A DNA stretch of 64,000 nucleotides from a virus (IMGVR_UViG_3300027872_000002:1-64000); one strand, 5' to 3'; shown: positions 46,399-56,454, numbered from the stretch's first letter. Notes: generated from the letters alone by a model not told the origin. Program-made: numbers and translations.

Positions 46399-46800
46399 AT
46401 GAGCAAAGTGTATGTCGTTCAGGACCCTATGATCATGCGGGATGGCCGCAAGGAACGCAGGTTCAGTTTGGCCCCTGCTGAAGAATATGGAGAGTTGGTT
46501 TTTCTGCTGGGCTGGAATGATACAAGGGGATTGGGAGTCAAGCCTGGCGCAGAGCGCAGATTGTACCGGACACTCCGGTATAACCTGCGTGAGTTCAATG
46601 ACTCGGACTATCTGTTGATGACCGGGAATTGGACGGCTATGGCGATGGCCGTCGTGTGTGCTCTGGAGCATACTCGTGGCTTCGTGAGTTGCCTCCAGTG
46701 GGATCAGGAGGATCGTGAGTACAGGGTCATCGCAATTGATGTCAACCTCGATGACGATGACGAGAATTGGACACCAGAATTGGAGAATGAAGATGAGTGA
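46399..46800 (+). CDS. hypothetical protein
   Basis: 133 aa with a TAAATG junction and an acidic C-terminus. Confidence 0.5.
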   Translation: MSKVYVVQDPMIMRDGRKERRFSLAPAEEYGELVFLLGWNDTRGLGVKPGAERRLYRTLRYNLREFNDSDYLLMTGNWTAMAMAVVCALEHTRGFVSCLQWDQEDREYRVIAIDVNLDDDDENWTPELENEDE

Positions 46801-47314
46801 TCTAACCAACTTGGTCGCGCTGGCCGAGGAGATGGTCAAGCTTGAGTATGCAATCGCAGATATTGACGACCAAAGGAAGGCCCTGGCGGGTCTGTACAGG
46901 GCTATCGAGGAGAGTGACCTACCAGAAGCTATGGAAGCGGCAGGGGTTGCGGACTTCACCATGAAGGACGGGAGGAAGGTCACGACCAAAACCCGCACCC
47001 ACACTCACATTTCCGAGGACCACCAAGAGGGAGCTTTTGAATGGCTCCGGGTCAACGGCCATGATGATATCATCAAGCGCATGATCTCTGTGAGCTTTGG
47101 GAAAGGAGAGGACAAGAAAGCTGAGGCCCTGTATGCCTTGCTCGTCAAGCGAAAGGGCCTGTCCGATAACTCGATTGTAGGCAAGCAATCCGTTCACGCT
47201 TCAACCCTCAAGTCATTCGTGACTAAGGCACTCGCTGCGGGCGAGGAGATCCCGCACGACCTCTTTGGAATTCACCAGGTCCCAATCGCAGTTATTGGGT
47301 CGGTGAAGAAGTAG
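46793..47314 (+). CDS. hypothetical protein (possibly recombination/replication associated)
   Basis: Internal ATG 46793 of ORF 46715..47314. N-terminal coiled coil. Sits next to the SSB-like gene. Confidence 0.45.
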   Translation: MSDLTNLVALAEEMVKLEYAIADIDDQRKALAGLYRAIEESDLPEAMEAAGVADFTMKDGRKVTTKTRTHTHISEDHQEGAFEWLRVNGHDDIIKRMISVSFGKGEDKKAEALYALLVKRKGLSDNSIVGKQSVHASTLKSFVTKALAAGEEIPHDLFGIHQVPIAVIGSVKK

Positions 47315-47378
47315 GGTCTTGACGGGAGCCGGACCCATTAAACCAGGCCCCCAATAATTCGATTGGAGCAAGAGTATC

Positions 47379-48236
47379 ATGGCAACGAAAAAAGGAAAGG
47401 CAGTAGCAAAGAAGGAAGGCCAGACTGGCTTGGCACTCTCAGAGTATGGCGAGGATGCTGGGGCAGGGTTTGAAGACGTCACGCAAGCAGACCTTATCAT
47501 TCCATTCCTGAACGTCATGCAGAAGATGTCTGACTTGGTTGATGAGGAGCACCCGTCTCATGTGACGGGAGCCAAGGCTGGGATGCTGATGAACTCGGTG
47601 ACCGAGGAGCTTCATCCTGGCCAAGAAGGGATCCTGTTCATCCCAGTCCATAAGACCCATAAGTTTGTCGAGTGGGTCCCACGGGATCAGGGTGGCGGAT
47701 TTGTGGGGGTCTATGAGGTCTCAGACCCAATGGTCATGGAGGCTCGCAAGGGCCATGAGTTTGGGAGGGTTGAGAGCCCAGACGGCAATGACCTCGTGGA
47801 GACCTTCTACATGTTCGGTCTGGTGGTGGACGTTGATGGGGGATACAATCCAGCCGTCATCGCATTCGCCAGCACCCAGATCAAATCCTACAAGAAATGG
47901 ATGACGACGATGAGGTCAGTCCAGCTTGAGGATCCGGAGACGGGCAGAAGGATCACACCTCCAATGTTCTCGCATCTTTTCAGGGTGCGCACGAGGCATC
48001 AGGAGAACGCCAAGGGCTCGTGGCATGGGCTCAATATCACATTCGCCAAAGAGGGAGATCCCAAGGAAGGCGTGAGCCCTGCTGTGGCCTCCCGGATCAG
48101 CGTGGATGATGAACTCTACCAAGCGGCAAAAGAGTGCCGCAGTATCGTGGTTGAGGAGGGTGCCAAGGTCTCCTATGAGACTTCCGGCAAGGGTGGAGAG
48201 GGTGGAGATGGAGACGGTGGGGATGACGATTTTTAG
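47379..48236 (+). CDS. single-stranded DNA-binding protein, T7 gp2.5-like (tentative)
   Basis: 285 aa. The C-terminus GGEGGDGDGGDDDF is an acidic tail ending in an aromatic residue, as in gp2.5/SSB proteins. Located in the replication module. Confidence 0.45.
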   Translation: MATKKGKAVAKKEGQTGLALSEYGEDAGAGFEDVTQADLIIPFLNVMQKMSDLVDEEHPSHVTGAKAGMLMNSVTEELHPGQEGILFIPVHKTHKFVEWVPRDQGGGFVGVYEVSDPMVMEARKGHEFGRVESPDGNDLVETFYMFGLVVDVDGGYNPAVIAFASTQIKSYKKWMTTMRSVQLEDPETGRRITPPMFSHLFRVRTRHQENAKGSWHGLNITFAKEGDPKEGVSPAVASRISVDDELYQAAKECRSIVVEEGAKVSYETSGKGGEGGDGDGGDDDF

Positions 48237-48326
48237 GTAGCATGTAGCCCCCCAGACGTGCCCCCTTCCGGCATCACGTAAGCCAGGAGGGGGCGTGACT
48301 CCTCACTCTCTGAGAACGAAGGCAAA

Positions 48327-49877
48327 ATGTCTGAACTGGCTGAGCGATTTTTTGCTCGCTTCCGAGGATTGGATCGTGCGTTTGGTCTGTACGGATTGAA
48401 AGGAAAAGCCAAGAAGGGCCAGAAGCATCTTGGATCCGCCCAGACCTATCGAGAGGCCCCGCATGCGGGCCTCTGGCACGACCACTTGGAGGGCAAAACT
48501 ACTCTTGGAATAGTCCCCATCTGTGATGATGGTACAGCTTGGTTTGGCGCCATTGATATTGACGTGTATGATGGGCTCGACCACAAGGCCATTGCTGAGC
48601 AGATCCTCGCCTGGGACCTTCCGTTGATCGCTTGCCGGACCAAATCCGGAGGGCTCCATCTGTACCTGTTTTGTCGCGACTCGATACCGGCAGAATTGAT
48701 CCGTGGCAAGCTCATGGAGTGGAGTGTCCAGCTTGGCTTCTCCGGAGTCGAGGTGTTCCCCAAGCAGACCCGATTGGCCAACACCTCAGACGTTGGCAAT
48801 TGGATCAACATGCCCTACTTCGGTTGCGAGACTGCCACAGGGAAGGACAAGGGCAAGGGAGACCGCTATGCCATCTTCAACGGCAAGGCTCTGACGGCTG
48901 AAGCATTCCTCAAACTTGCCGAGACAATTGCGGTTGATACAGATAGTCTCAGGTCTGTGGCTGTCCCAACTGATGACCCATCCCAAGGACTCCTCCGGGA
49001 GGGCCCACCGTGCCTCCAAACTCTCCACCAACGTGGCGGGATCCGGGAGGGTGGAAGGAACAATGGACTCTTCAACATCGGAGTCTATCTGAGGAAGCGA
49101 TTTGGCCAAGGAGAATGGGAGGCCCACTTGGATGAATACAACCAGGCTCTCCTTGATCCTCCGTTGGGCCATAAGGAAGTCTTGCAGATTGTCAAATCCG
49201 TCAATCGCAAGGCGTATGAATACAAGTGCGCAGACCAACCAATCTGTGACGTTTGTAATCGCCAGATCTGCCTGTCCCGTGAGTTTGGTATCGCCACCGG
49301 GGAGGGAGACCCTGGTGTGACGTTTGGGCAACTGATCAAGGTGGAGACGGATCCCGTGACTTGGATCTGGGATGTGGACGGGGCACGCATCGAGCTAACC
49401 ACCCAGGAGTTGAAAGACCAAGCTCGATTCCACACGAGAGCTATGGAGGAATTGAACAAGTGGCCGTTGGCGGTCAAGGCTCCGGACTGGGCCAAGATCG
49501 TTCGGCAATATTTGGAGTCCGTCGAGATCATGACGGTTCCGGAGGATGCCAAAATGACGGGCCAGGTCATGTTCTTCTTGGAGTTGTATTGTACACGAGA
49601 GACCCGTGCCCTCAACCGCGATGATCTACTGAAGAAGAAACCATGGACCGACGATGGCCGTGTCTACTTCCATGGACCAGACTTCCGCCAGTTCTTGGCC
49701 AAGCAAGGTCTCCGGATGAGGCCTGGGGATCTTTGGAATCAACTCAGGGAGAGAGGCGCTGAGCCGCAGTTCTTCAACATCAAGGGCCAAGGGATCAACG
49801 TCTGGAGCCTCCCAGCCTTCAAGGAGCAGGATGAGGCGTTTGACGTTCCCATGATCGAGAGCCAAGGAGAGATGTAA
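48327..49877 (+). CDS. primase-polymerase (archaeo-eukaryotic primase superfamily) with a C-terminal extension
   Basis: 516 aa. AEP motif I AIDIDVYD, motif II KSGGLHLYLF, then a PriCT-like PPCLQTL...GGRNNGLFNIGVYL. Confidence 0.6.
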   Translation: MSELAERFFARFRGLDRAFGLYGLKGKAKKGQKHLGSAQTYREAPHAGLWHDHLEGKTTLGIVPICDDGTAWFGAIDIDVYDGLDHKAIAEQILAWDLPLIACRTKSGGLHLYLFCRDSIPAELIRGKLMEWSVQLGFSGVEVFPKQTRLANTSDVGNWINMPYFGCETATGKDKGKGDRYAIFNGKALTAEAFLKLAETIAVDTDSLRSVAVPTDDPSQGLLREGPPCLQTLHQRGGIREGGRNNGLFNIGVYLRKRFGQGEWEAHLDEYNQALLDPPLGHKEVLQIVKSVNRKAYEYKCADQPICDVCNRQICLSREFGIATGEGDPGVTFGQLIKVETDPVTWIWDVDGARIELTTQELKDQARFHTRAMEELNKWPLAVKAPDWAKIVRQYLESVEIMTVPEDAKMTGQVMFFLELYCTRETRALNRDDLLKKKPWTDDGRVYFHGPDFRQFLAKQGLRMRPGDLWNQLRERGAEPQFFNIKGQGINVWSLPAFKEQDEAFDVPMIESQGEM

Positions 49878-50135
49878 ATGAAGCTGGAGCATTGGGAGAC
49901 ACAACGCTACAAGATCAGCCTCAAGCCGGGAGTGGATGGCCGACTGGCCGATGTCCGTGGCATTGTGGTACATGACGTGATTGGCGTCCACATGGACCCA
50001 GAAAGTAGGTGCCTCTGCTTGACGGAACTGGCGTCAGGAAAGAGGTTCCAAAATACATACTTTGATCTGCTTGTGGCGGTTGAGGAAGCTCAGCGACTCG
50101 CAACGGAGGGATGGCCAAAACATGAGGTGGAGTAG
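49878..50135 (+). CDS. hypothetical protein
   Basis: 85 aa with a TAAATG junction. Confidence 0.45.
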   Translation: MKLEHWETQRYKISLKPGVDGRLADVRGIVVHDVIGVHMDPESRCLCLTELASGKRFQNTYFDLLVAVEEAQRLATEGWPKHEVE

Positions 50136-51393
50136 TCAACAAGCCAAGGCCCTCGATGAGGTAGCGAAATGGCTCAAGAATCCAACCAAGCCATTCTTCT
50201 ACCTCGCTGGGTTCGCGGGCACGGGCAAGACCACACTCGCTCAACACTTCGCAGAAGGCGTCAACGGGCTGGTCCTCTTTGCCGCTTACACAGGGAAGGC
50301 TGCCAGCGTTTTGAAGAACAAGGGATGCGCCGACGCAAGGACCCTCCACAGCATCCTGTACCAGGTCTCCGATGCCGACAAGACCAAGCTCCGGTTGTTG
50401 GAGGAGAGGTTGCGGAAAATCCTTGAGGCCCCTCTGGGAAAGAAGCTGGAAGCCATCATGGAGCGGAATGACGACATCGCAGAATTGGAGGAGAAGTTGA
50501 AGGATGAGCGGGCACGATCCTCCGGCCCTCGCTTCAACCTCAATGAGGACTCCGTGCTACAGGAAGCTGAGTTGCTCATTTTGGATGAATGCTCCATGGT
50601 GGATCGGAGGTTGGCCAAGGACGTGCTCCACTTCAACAAGCCGGTCTTGGTCCTTGGGGATCCAGCCCAGCTACCTCCAGTCAAAGGCGCAGCCTACTTC
50701 ACCAACCGGGATCCGGATTTGTTGCTGACGGAGATCCATCGCCAAGCCCAGGGCAACCCCATCATTCGAGCAGCGACCGCCATCCGGGAGCGGAGAGCCA
50801 TACCGTTTGGGGAGTGGGAGGTTGACAACATGTTCTTCCGCAAGCTCCGGAGGGAGAGTGCCGATGTGAAAGCCATCGCAGCGGCTGCGGCTGGGGAGGG
50901 CTCCCAGATCTTGACCGGCAAGAACGTCACACGCCGCAAGATCAATCGCTATGTGAGGAAGTCGCTTGGCTTCAAAGGTCCGTACCCACAGGCCGGTGAA
51001 CGCTTGGTGGTCCTCCGGAATGACCGAGAGATGGGCGTGCTAAATGGCGTGGTCTGCTACGCAAGCTCGGATGCGTATGAGTGGGATGATGAGCCGGAGG
51101 GCTTGACCATTCGACTCGACTATGAGGGCCACCTCATCCCTGGCCTCTTGATGGAGCGAACGCCATTCGATATGTACAGAGATCCATCACTGGAGGAGCA
51201 CTGGAGCCCCAACCGATATATGTTCCAAGCCGACTGGGGATATGCGTTGACTGTCCACAAGGCTCAAGGCTCAGAATGGGATAATGTTTTGATCATTGAC
51301 GACGGTATGGCCAAGCGCAATGGAACCTTCCGTGCCCAGTGGCTCTATACCGCAATCACCAGGGCATCGGAAAGGCTGACGATCATAGCATGA
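50122..51393 (+). CDS. RecD/Dda-like SF1B DNA helicase
   Basis: Internal ATG 50122 of ORF 50062..51393. Walker A GFAGTGKTT, LILDECSMV, VLGDPAQLPPV, YALTVHKAQGSEWDNVLII. Confidence 0.8.
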   Translation: MRWSSQQAKALDEVAKWLKNPTKPFFYLAGFAGTGKTTLAQHFAEGVNGLVLFAAYTGKAASVLKNKGCADARTLHSILYQVSDADKTKLRLLEERLRKILEAPLGKKLEAIMERNDDIAELEEKLKDERARSSGPRFNLNEDSVLQEAELLILDECSMVDRRLAKDVLHFNKPVLVLGDPAQLPPVKGAAYFTNRDPDLLLTEIHRQAQGNPIIRAATAIRERRAIPFGEWEVDNMFFRKLRRESADVKAIAAAAAGEGSQILTGKNVTRRKINRYVRKSLGFKGPYPQAGERLVVLRNDREMGVLNGVVCYASSDAYEWDDEPEGLTIRLDYEGHLIPGLLMERTPFDMYRDPSLEEHWSPNRYMFQADWGYALTVHKAQGSEWDNVLIIDDGMAKRNGTFRAQWLYTAITRASERLTIIA

Positions 51394-51620
51394 CTGGAGA
51401 AGTAAAGATCATCCAAGGAGAGGATCCGTGGGACACCAAGGTTTGGTTGAACGGCCATGAGCTACAAGGGCTCTGTGCTCTCCAGGTCAACATCGAGGCC
51501 CAGGAGCTACCAACCATCACCTTCACCATTGAGCCGGCAATGATCGAGTTTGAGGGACTCGTGGAATTGAAGCGAGTGTTTGAAAAGCCAGTGGTTCCTA
51601 TCGAGGACCTGGCGCCATAG
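51390..51620 (+). CDS. hypothetical protein
   Basis: Internal ATG 51390 (ATGA overlap) of ORF 51339..51620. Confidence 0.4.
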   Translation: MTGEVKIIQGEDPWDTKVWLNGHELQGLCALQVNIEAQELPTITFTIEPAMIEFEGLVELKRVFEKPVVPIEDLAP

Positions 51621-51635
51621 AATTGGAGAACCAAG

Positions 51636-52154
51636 ATGACGATTCAAGCAATCCCAACACACTACGCCAACCACAAATTCAAGAGCCGCACAGAGGCTCG
51701 ATGGGCAGTGTTCTTTGACAGCATGAAAATTCGCTGGGAGTATGAGCCAGAGGGAGTGGTGCTGCCGGATGGGACATGGTATCTTTGCGACTTCTGGTTG
51801 CCTGATTTGAAGGTGTGGGCTGAAGTCAAGCCTGAGGAGATCACTGATGCGGAATGGACCAAGGCAGAGGAGCTTCACAGGGTCAGTGATTTCTCAGTAC
51901 TGATGCTGAATGGAGCGCCCTGGCCAAAGTGGTATGGGGCCACTGATCATCGAGGCCCTAATGAAGGCGATGTCTGTGGTGATTATCCTTGGCCCAATCG
52001 CCAACACTTCTGTTGGGGCAAGAACATTATTTGGTGGGGGTTCGGAGATGAGTGGGAGGATCTGGAAGGCACCATTCCGTCTGAGCCTATTGTAAGAGAA
52101 GATTGGGAAGATGCCATGGCATATGCCAGAGCTTTTGACTTCTTGGCTCAATGA
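51636..52154 (+). CDS. PD-(D/E)xK-fold nuclease (tentative)
   Basis: 172 aa. FKSRTEARWAVFFDSMKIRWEYEPEG...YLCDFWLPDLKVWAEVK fits the D...E.K restriction-endonuclease-like core. Confidence 0.5.
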   Translation: MTIQAIPTHYANHKFKSRTEARWAVFFDSMKIRWEYEPEGVVLPDGTWYLCDFWLPDLKVWAEVKPEEITDAEWTKAEELHRVSDFSVLMLNGAPWPKWYGATDHRGPNEGDVCGDYPWPNRQHFCWGKNIIWWGFGDEWEDLEGTIPSEPIVREDWEDAMAYARAFDFLAQ

Positions 52155-53635
52155 AGCTCATCCTTGGAGGACCTGGTTGCGGCAAGACCACTCGACTCCT
52201 CCGGGTTGTTGAGCAAGAATTGGATAATGGCGTGCGCCCTGATGAGATTGCTTTCGTGACCTTTACTCGCGCTGCTGCGAATGAGGCCAGGGATCGTGCC
52301 GCCCTCAAATTTGATCTCGACCCTGAGACGGACATGCCTTGGTTCCGGACCATCCACAGCCTCACATATCGAGCCCTGGATATGACCAGGGAGGAAGTCA
52401 TGAGCCGGGATGATTGGAACGAGTTCAGCAAGCTCATCGGGGAGCCCATCGCTGGAACGGTATCGAGCTTTGAAGCATCGACCAACGCCCACCATGGAGA
52501 CAAGCTCTTGAGGGTGGTCGATTATGCCGCCACAACCAAGCAATCTCTCCGGGAGGCATGGAACGAAATTGGTGATGAGACGGCATGGCGTGACGTGGAG
52601 CAATTTGAGGCTGCGCTGCGTGAGTTCAAGACCGCCATCGCAAAGATTGGATTCACTGACATGCTCACCAGCTATGTGGCTGAAGGTGAGCCGGTGAAGG
52701 TGAAGGTGGCGTTGGTCGATGAAGCCCAAGACCTCACAGCCGCGCAATGGAGCGTGGTGGGGCGGGCATTTGAGAATGTGGACCGGCTCTACATCGGTGG
52801 CGATGATGACCAAGCAATCTATCGTTGGGCCGGTGCCGATGTTGAGCATTTCCTCCATCTCTCGACTGGCGGTGACCGGGAGATTCTGGAGCTATCCCAT
52901 CGACTCCCAAGGAGCGTTTTTGAGGTTGGCCAAAGGATCGTGACCCAGATCTCAAATCGCTATCAGAAACCATACCGTCCATCAGATCGGGATGGTGTCG
53001 TGGACCATCATATGCATATTGAGTATGCTCCTCTCCGGAACCAATCTGGGAGTTGGCTCCTGTTGGCGAGGAATGGGTACATGCTGGAAGGTTTGGAGGA
53101 AGTTTTGAGGGCTCGTGGGCTCCCATATGCCAGGAGGACCGGCCCCGTGGCCTCTGAGAAGGAGCTAGACGCGATTGCTCTGTGGGATTCCCTGCAGAAG
53201 GGCCGCATTTCTGTGCTCTCCGCGTCTGAGGCCAGGGGTCTGTATAAGACCCTGGGTAGACCACGCCCAGCGCTTAGGGAGCTAACAGAGTATGGGCCAG
53301 GAGAGCTTGAGTTGGACCTCGCCAAACCTTGGACCTATGCCATGGCCGGAGGGATCCCAACCTGGAGGCGCGACTACTACACAGAGTGTATGAACCGGGG
53401 AGAAAATTTGAGGCTTGAGCCAAGGTTCCGAGTGGAGACAATTCATGGGGTCAAGGGAGCCCAGGCCGACAATGTTCTGATGCTCCTCGACTACAGCCGG
53501 AGGACCGCCAACGGATTCAACCTCAAACCTGATCATGAGCATCGAGTGTTCTATGTCGGAGTGACCAGGGCCTACCATTCTCTTCACATCATCCGTCCCC
53601 AAACATACAACTCATATCCAGGGCTGTCGCGATGA
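52151..53635 (+). CDS. UvrD/Rep-like SF1A helicase
   Basis: 494 aa. Walker A GGPGCGKTT, VDEAQDLT, TIHGVKGAQADNV, FYVGVTRA. Confidence 0.8.
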   Translation: MKLILGGPGCGKTTRLLRVVEQELDNGVRPDEIAFVTFTRAAANEARDRAALKFDLDPETDMPWFRTIHSLTYRALDMTREEVMSRDDWNEFSKLIGEPIAGTVSSFEASTNAHHGDKLLRVVDYAATTKQSLREAWNEIGDETAWRDVEQFEAALREFKTAIAKIGFTDMLTSYVAEGEPVKVKVALVDEAQDLTAAQWSVVGRAFENVDRLYIGGDDDQAIYRWAGADVEHFLHLSTGGDREILELSHRLPRSVFEVGQRIVTQISNRYQKPYRPSDRDGVVDHHMHIEYAPLRNQSGSWLLLARNGYMLEGLEEVLRARGLPYARRTGPVASEKELDAIALWDSLQKGRISVLSASEARGLYKTLGRPRPALRELTEYGPGELELDLAKPWTYAMAGGIPTWRRDYYTECMNRGENLRLEPRFRVETIHGVKGAQADNVLMLLDYSRRTANGFNLKPDHEHRVFYVGVTRAYHSLHIIRPQTYNSYPGLSR

Positions 53636-53692
53636 CCCTTTCCAACTGGGCCTCCGCAACGTATGTTTGTCTGACGCCAAAGAATTGGAGAA

Positions 53693-54262
53693 TTGAAGAG
53701 TATGGTCACACGAATCGCATTCCCAACCCCATCCTCCGTGGACATCCGCGAGTATGCGGATATGAAGGTGGCGGAAGCATCAACGTCTGGCATCGCAACA
53801 GGCGCAGTTTACATCTTTGCGGAACTCACCCCAGAGTCCATCCAGGTCCTCAACCTTGGCCAGATGGACGTGATCATCGGTCTGTACAACAGGATAGTAA
53901 AGCGCATCACAATTCCAGCGTTCAAGCCAGAAGCCACACTGCTCTGCTTGGACATAATTCCAGTACTTGCCAAGGAGGCAAATCAGATGGCGACCAAGAA
54001 GACAACCCCAGCCAAGAAAAGCCCAGCAGCCAAGAAGCCAGCAGCCAAGAAGGCTCCGGCAAAACGGTCATCTGGCTTGGAGGGCAAGAAGCTCTTCAAA
54101 ACTGGGGAGAGGGAGAAGGGCAAGGGCCACAAGAACTCAAGGCGTGCCGTGTCCTACTCGTTGATCAAGAAGGGCATGAAATACGAAGCTGCCATCGCAG
54201 CCGGAGCCCACAAGGACGACATCGCACGGATGTTGTACGACAACCAGTTGGAAGCCAAGTAA
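53693..54262 (+). CDS. Lys/Ala-rich (histone H1-like tail) DNA-binding protein candidate
   Basis: 189 aa with the central segment KKTTPAKKSPAAKKPAAKKAPAKR. The alternative-frame ORF 53632..54342 is rejected. Confidence 0.45.
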   Translation: MKSMVTRIAFPTPSSVDIREYADMKVAEASTSGIATGAVYIFAELTPESIQVLNLGQMDVIIGLYNRIVKRITIPAFKPEATLLCLDIIPVLAKEANQMATKKTTPAKKSPAAKKPAAKKAPAKRSSGLEGKKLFKTGEREKGKGHKNSRRAVSYSLIKKGMKYEAAIAAGAHKDDIARMLYDNQLEAK

Positions 54263-54276
54263 ACTTCCAACCCATC

Positions 54277-54333
54277 GGTAGGCCAGCGAGCCTACCGCAA
54301 CCCCACTTGCCCATCGAGGGTGAGTGGGGTTTT
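54277..54333 (+). terminator. tandem hairpins ending in a T-run (intrinsic terminator)
   Basis: First hairpin GGTAGGC-CAGCGA-GCCTACC (54277-54296). Second hairpin CCCCACTTGCCC-ATCGA-GGGTGAGTGGGG (54301-54329, 12 bp including 2 G-U) followed by TTTT. Confidence 0.6.
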
Positions 54334-54356
54334 CACGTCTAGGGGATACGTCCAAA

Positions 54357-55310
54357 ATGCGAATCATCGGCGCAGGAATGGCAGGGCTGCTGGCCGGCAA
54401 TATGCTCAGACGATACCAGCCCAATATTTTGGAGGCCAACCGGGAGCTACCGGACAACCACGGGGCACTCCTCCGTTTCAGATCCAACGTGGTAGCTGAG
54501 GCCGTGGGCCAACAGTTCCGGGAGGTGTCGGTGATGAAGGCCATCCGGCATTCCACGGGCATGCTATCCTCCGGACCTCCAGACCTGTCCCAAGTCAATC
54601 GCTACTCCATCAAGGTGACCGGGAGAGCGATGCCCAGGAGCATCATGAACCTCGATACTGTCCAGCGGTGGATCGCTCCTGATGACTTCCTTGAGGTCTT
54701 GGCCCAAGGGGTTGGCGGGCAGATCTTTTTGGACAGCTATGTCAACATGGATGGGATCCGAGGAATGGTGGAGCAAGGGCTCCCGATCATCAGCACGATT
54801 CCAATGGGGTCTCTGATGAGCATGATGCCGGGATGGGATGACCGGGAACCTATCTTTCCAAGGACTCCAATTTGGTCGCTCAGGGCTCGCATCATGGGGC
54901 TCCCGGAAGTGGACGTTCATCAGACCATCTACTACCCAGGGCGTGAGCCATTCTATCGAGCTTCGATCACAGGCAACCTCTTGACGGTTGAGTATCTCCA
55001 AGAGCCGGCAGCGGTGGGCCAGACGGAGGGATTGCGGCTCATCCTTCAAAACGATTTTGGGATCGAGGTGAAGCCGGAGTCCATCACCTTCAAGGCCATC
55101 TACTTCCAACCCTTGGGCAAGATCCTCCCCATTGATGAGGAGATGCGGAGAGAGTTCATATTGGAGATGACAGACCGCTACAAAATCTACAGCCTGGGGA
55201 GGTTCGCCACCTGGCGTCAAATACTCTTGGACGATGTCGTGAATGACATACGTATGATTGATAAATGGATCACTGGTAGAGACTCATACAGACGGAGAAT
55301 TGAATCATGA
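54357..55310 (+). CDS. FAD/NAD(P)-binding Rossmann flavoprotein (UDP-galactopyranose-mutase/amine-oxidase-like, subfamily uncertain)
   Basis: Internal ATG 54357 of ORF 54324..55310. Dinucleotide-binding MRIIGAGMAGLLAG. The C-terminal YSLGRFATWRQILLDDVV resembles the GR..Y.Y..MD motif of UGM-like enzymes. Confidence 0.55.
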   Translation: MRIIGAGMAGLLAGNMLRRYQPNILEANRELPDNHGALLRFRSNVVAEAVGQQFREVSVMKAIRHSTGMLSSGPPDLSQVNRYSIKVTGRAMPRSIMNLDTVQRWIAPDDFLEVLAQGVGGQIFLDSYVNMDGIRGMVEQGLPIISTIPMGSLMSMMPGWDDREPIFPRTPIWSLRARIMGLPEVDVHQTIYYPGREPFYRASITGNLLTVEYLQEPAAVGQTEGLRLILQNDFGIEVKPESITFKAIYFQPLGKILPIDEEMRREFILEMTDRYKIYSLGRFATWRQILLDDVVNDIRMIDKWITGRDSYRRRIES

Positions 55311-56101
55311 AAGTCACGCTCATTAGTCACACACCCAATGCCCTGGCAACCTTGGTCTATACCAAGAGCACCAGGCTCAGCATGACGGCCACTGGCTTCG
55401 ATCAGATTTTGGCGATGCCGGAGGAGAAGCTGATGGAGGAATGGGAGTACATGAAGAACACCATCAAGAGCAGTTGGGAGTTCCTGGAATTTCTGTTCTT
55501 GATTGAGGACGTATCGAGGGCCTTCACCCATCAGTTGGTTCGCCATCGGATTGGTACCAAGTTCGCCCAGCAGTCGCAGAGGACCGTGGACATGGGAGGG
55601 TTTGGATTCATCATGCCTCCGCCAGGACTCGATGACCCTGGGATAGCTGACGAGTTTGAGTTGGCTTGCGAGAGCATTGATGACTCATACCAACGCCTCA
55701 TATCTGTCCATGGAGTGAAGCCTCAAGACGCACGGGCCTTGCTCCCAACGAACGTGAGCACCAACATCAACTTCGGCTCCAACCTCCGGACCCTTCATGA
55801 CATGGCTCGGCTCCGGCTCTGTACCAAGACGCAAGGAGAGTTCCAAGACGTGTTCAGGGCCATCAAGGCTGAGGTCCATCGAGCCCTCCCATGGGCCGCC
55901 ACGGTCCTCCAAGTCGAGTGTTGTTGGAGCGGCACGTGCGCCTTCCCTACGTTCCCAACGGAGGACTGCGTACTCAAGCCCCACGTGTACGATCCAACGA
56001 CTGGTTCGGCATATCAAATCAAGCCAGGCTTGCTACACGAGAAGAAGCCATCCACCCTTGTCCAGCTTCGTGAGATTGACGCCACAAGGGGCAACGGATG
56101 A
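55307..56101 (+). CDS. thyX: flavin-dependent thymidylate synthase ThyX
   Basis: 264 aa. ThyX motif RHR-X8-S-X-R present (HQLVRHRIGTKFAQQSQR). Confidence 0.8.
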   Translation: MKVTLISHTPNALATLVYTKSTRLSMTATGFDQILAMPEEKLMEEWEYMKNTIKSSWEFLEFLFLIEDVSRAFTHQLVRHRIGTKFAQQSQRTVDMGGFGFIMPPPGLDDPGIADEFELACESIDDSYQRLISVHGVKPQDARALLPTNVSTNINFGSNLRTLHDMARLRLCTKTQGEFQDVFRAIKAEVHRALPWAATVLQVECCWSGTCAFPTFPTEDCVLKPHVYDPTTGSAYQIKPGLLHEKKPSTLVQLREIDATRGNG

Positions 56102-56454
56102 AGCCCTGGGTAGGGGTGGACTTGGACGGCACGCTGGCCTTCTATGACCACTTCCAAGGAGCCGGTCATATTGGGGAGCCCGTGCCACGGATGCTCAAGT
56201 TTGTCCAGGGTCTCCTCGATGATGAGGTTGAGGTCAGAATCTTCACGGCTCGCGTGGGGCTCCAGCAGGATCCTCGTGACATCCAGATCGCCAGGAGCAA
56301 GATCCAAGAATGGTGCCTCATCCATCTGGGGCAGGTCCTCCCGGTGACCTGTGAGAAGGACTATGGAATGGTGACCCTGTATGATGACCGTTGTATCACC
56401 ATTGAGAAGAACACAGGACGGCTCTTGACAATCTTGGAGGATGATGATGGCTAG
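56098..56454 (+). CDS. HAD-superfamily phosphatase-like protein
   Basis: 118 aa. Motif I VGVDLDGTL, then IFTAR. ATGA overlap. Confidence 0.55.
   Translation: MKPWVGVDLDGTLAFYDHFQGAGHIGEPVPRMLKFVQGLLDDEVEVRIFTARVGLQQDPRDIQIARSKIQEWCLIHLGQVLPVTCEKDYGMVTLYDDRCITIEKNTGRLLTILEDDDG

Noticed and set aside
53632-54342. 236-aa + strand ORF overlapping 53693..54262 in another frame
   Set aside because: Its translation is His/Arg/Ser/Gln-rich and motif-free, and it runs through the terminator hairpins. The 53693 frame gives a coherent protein with a Lys/Ala DNA-binding tract that ends before the terminator.
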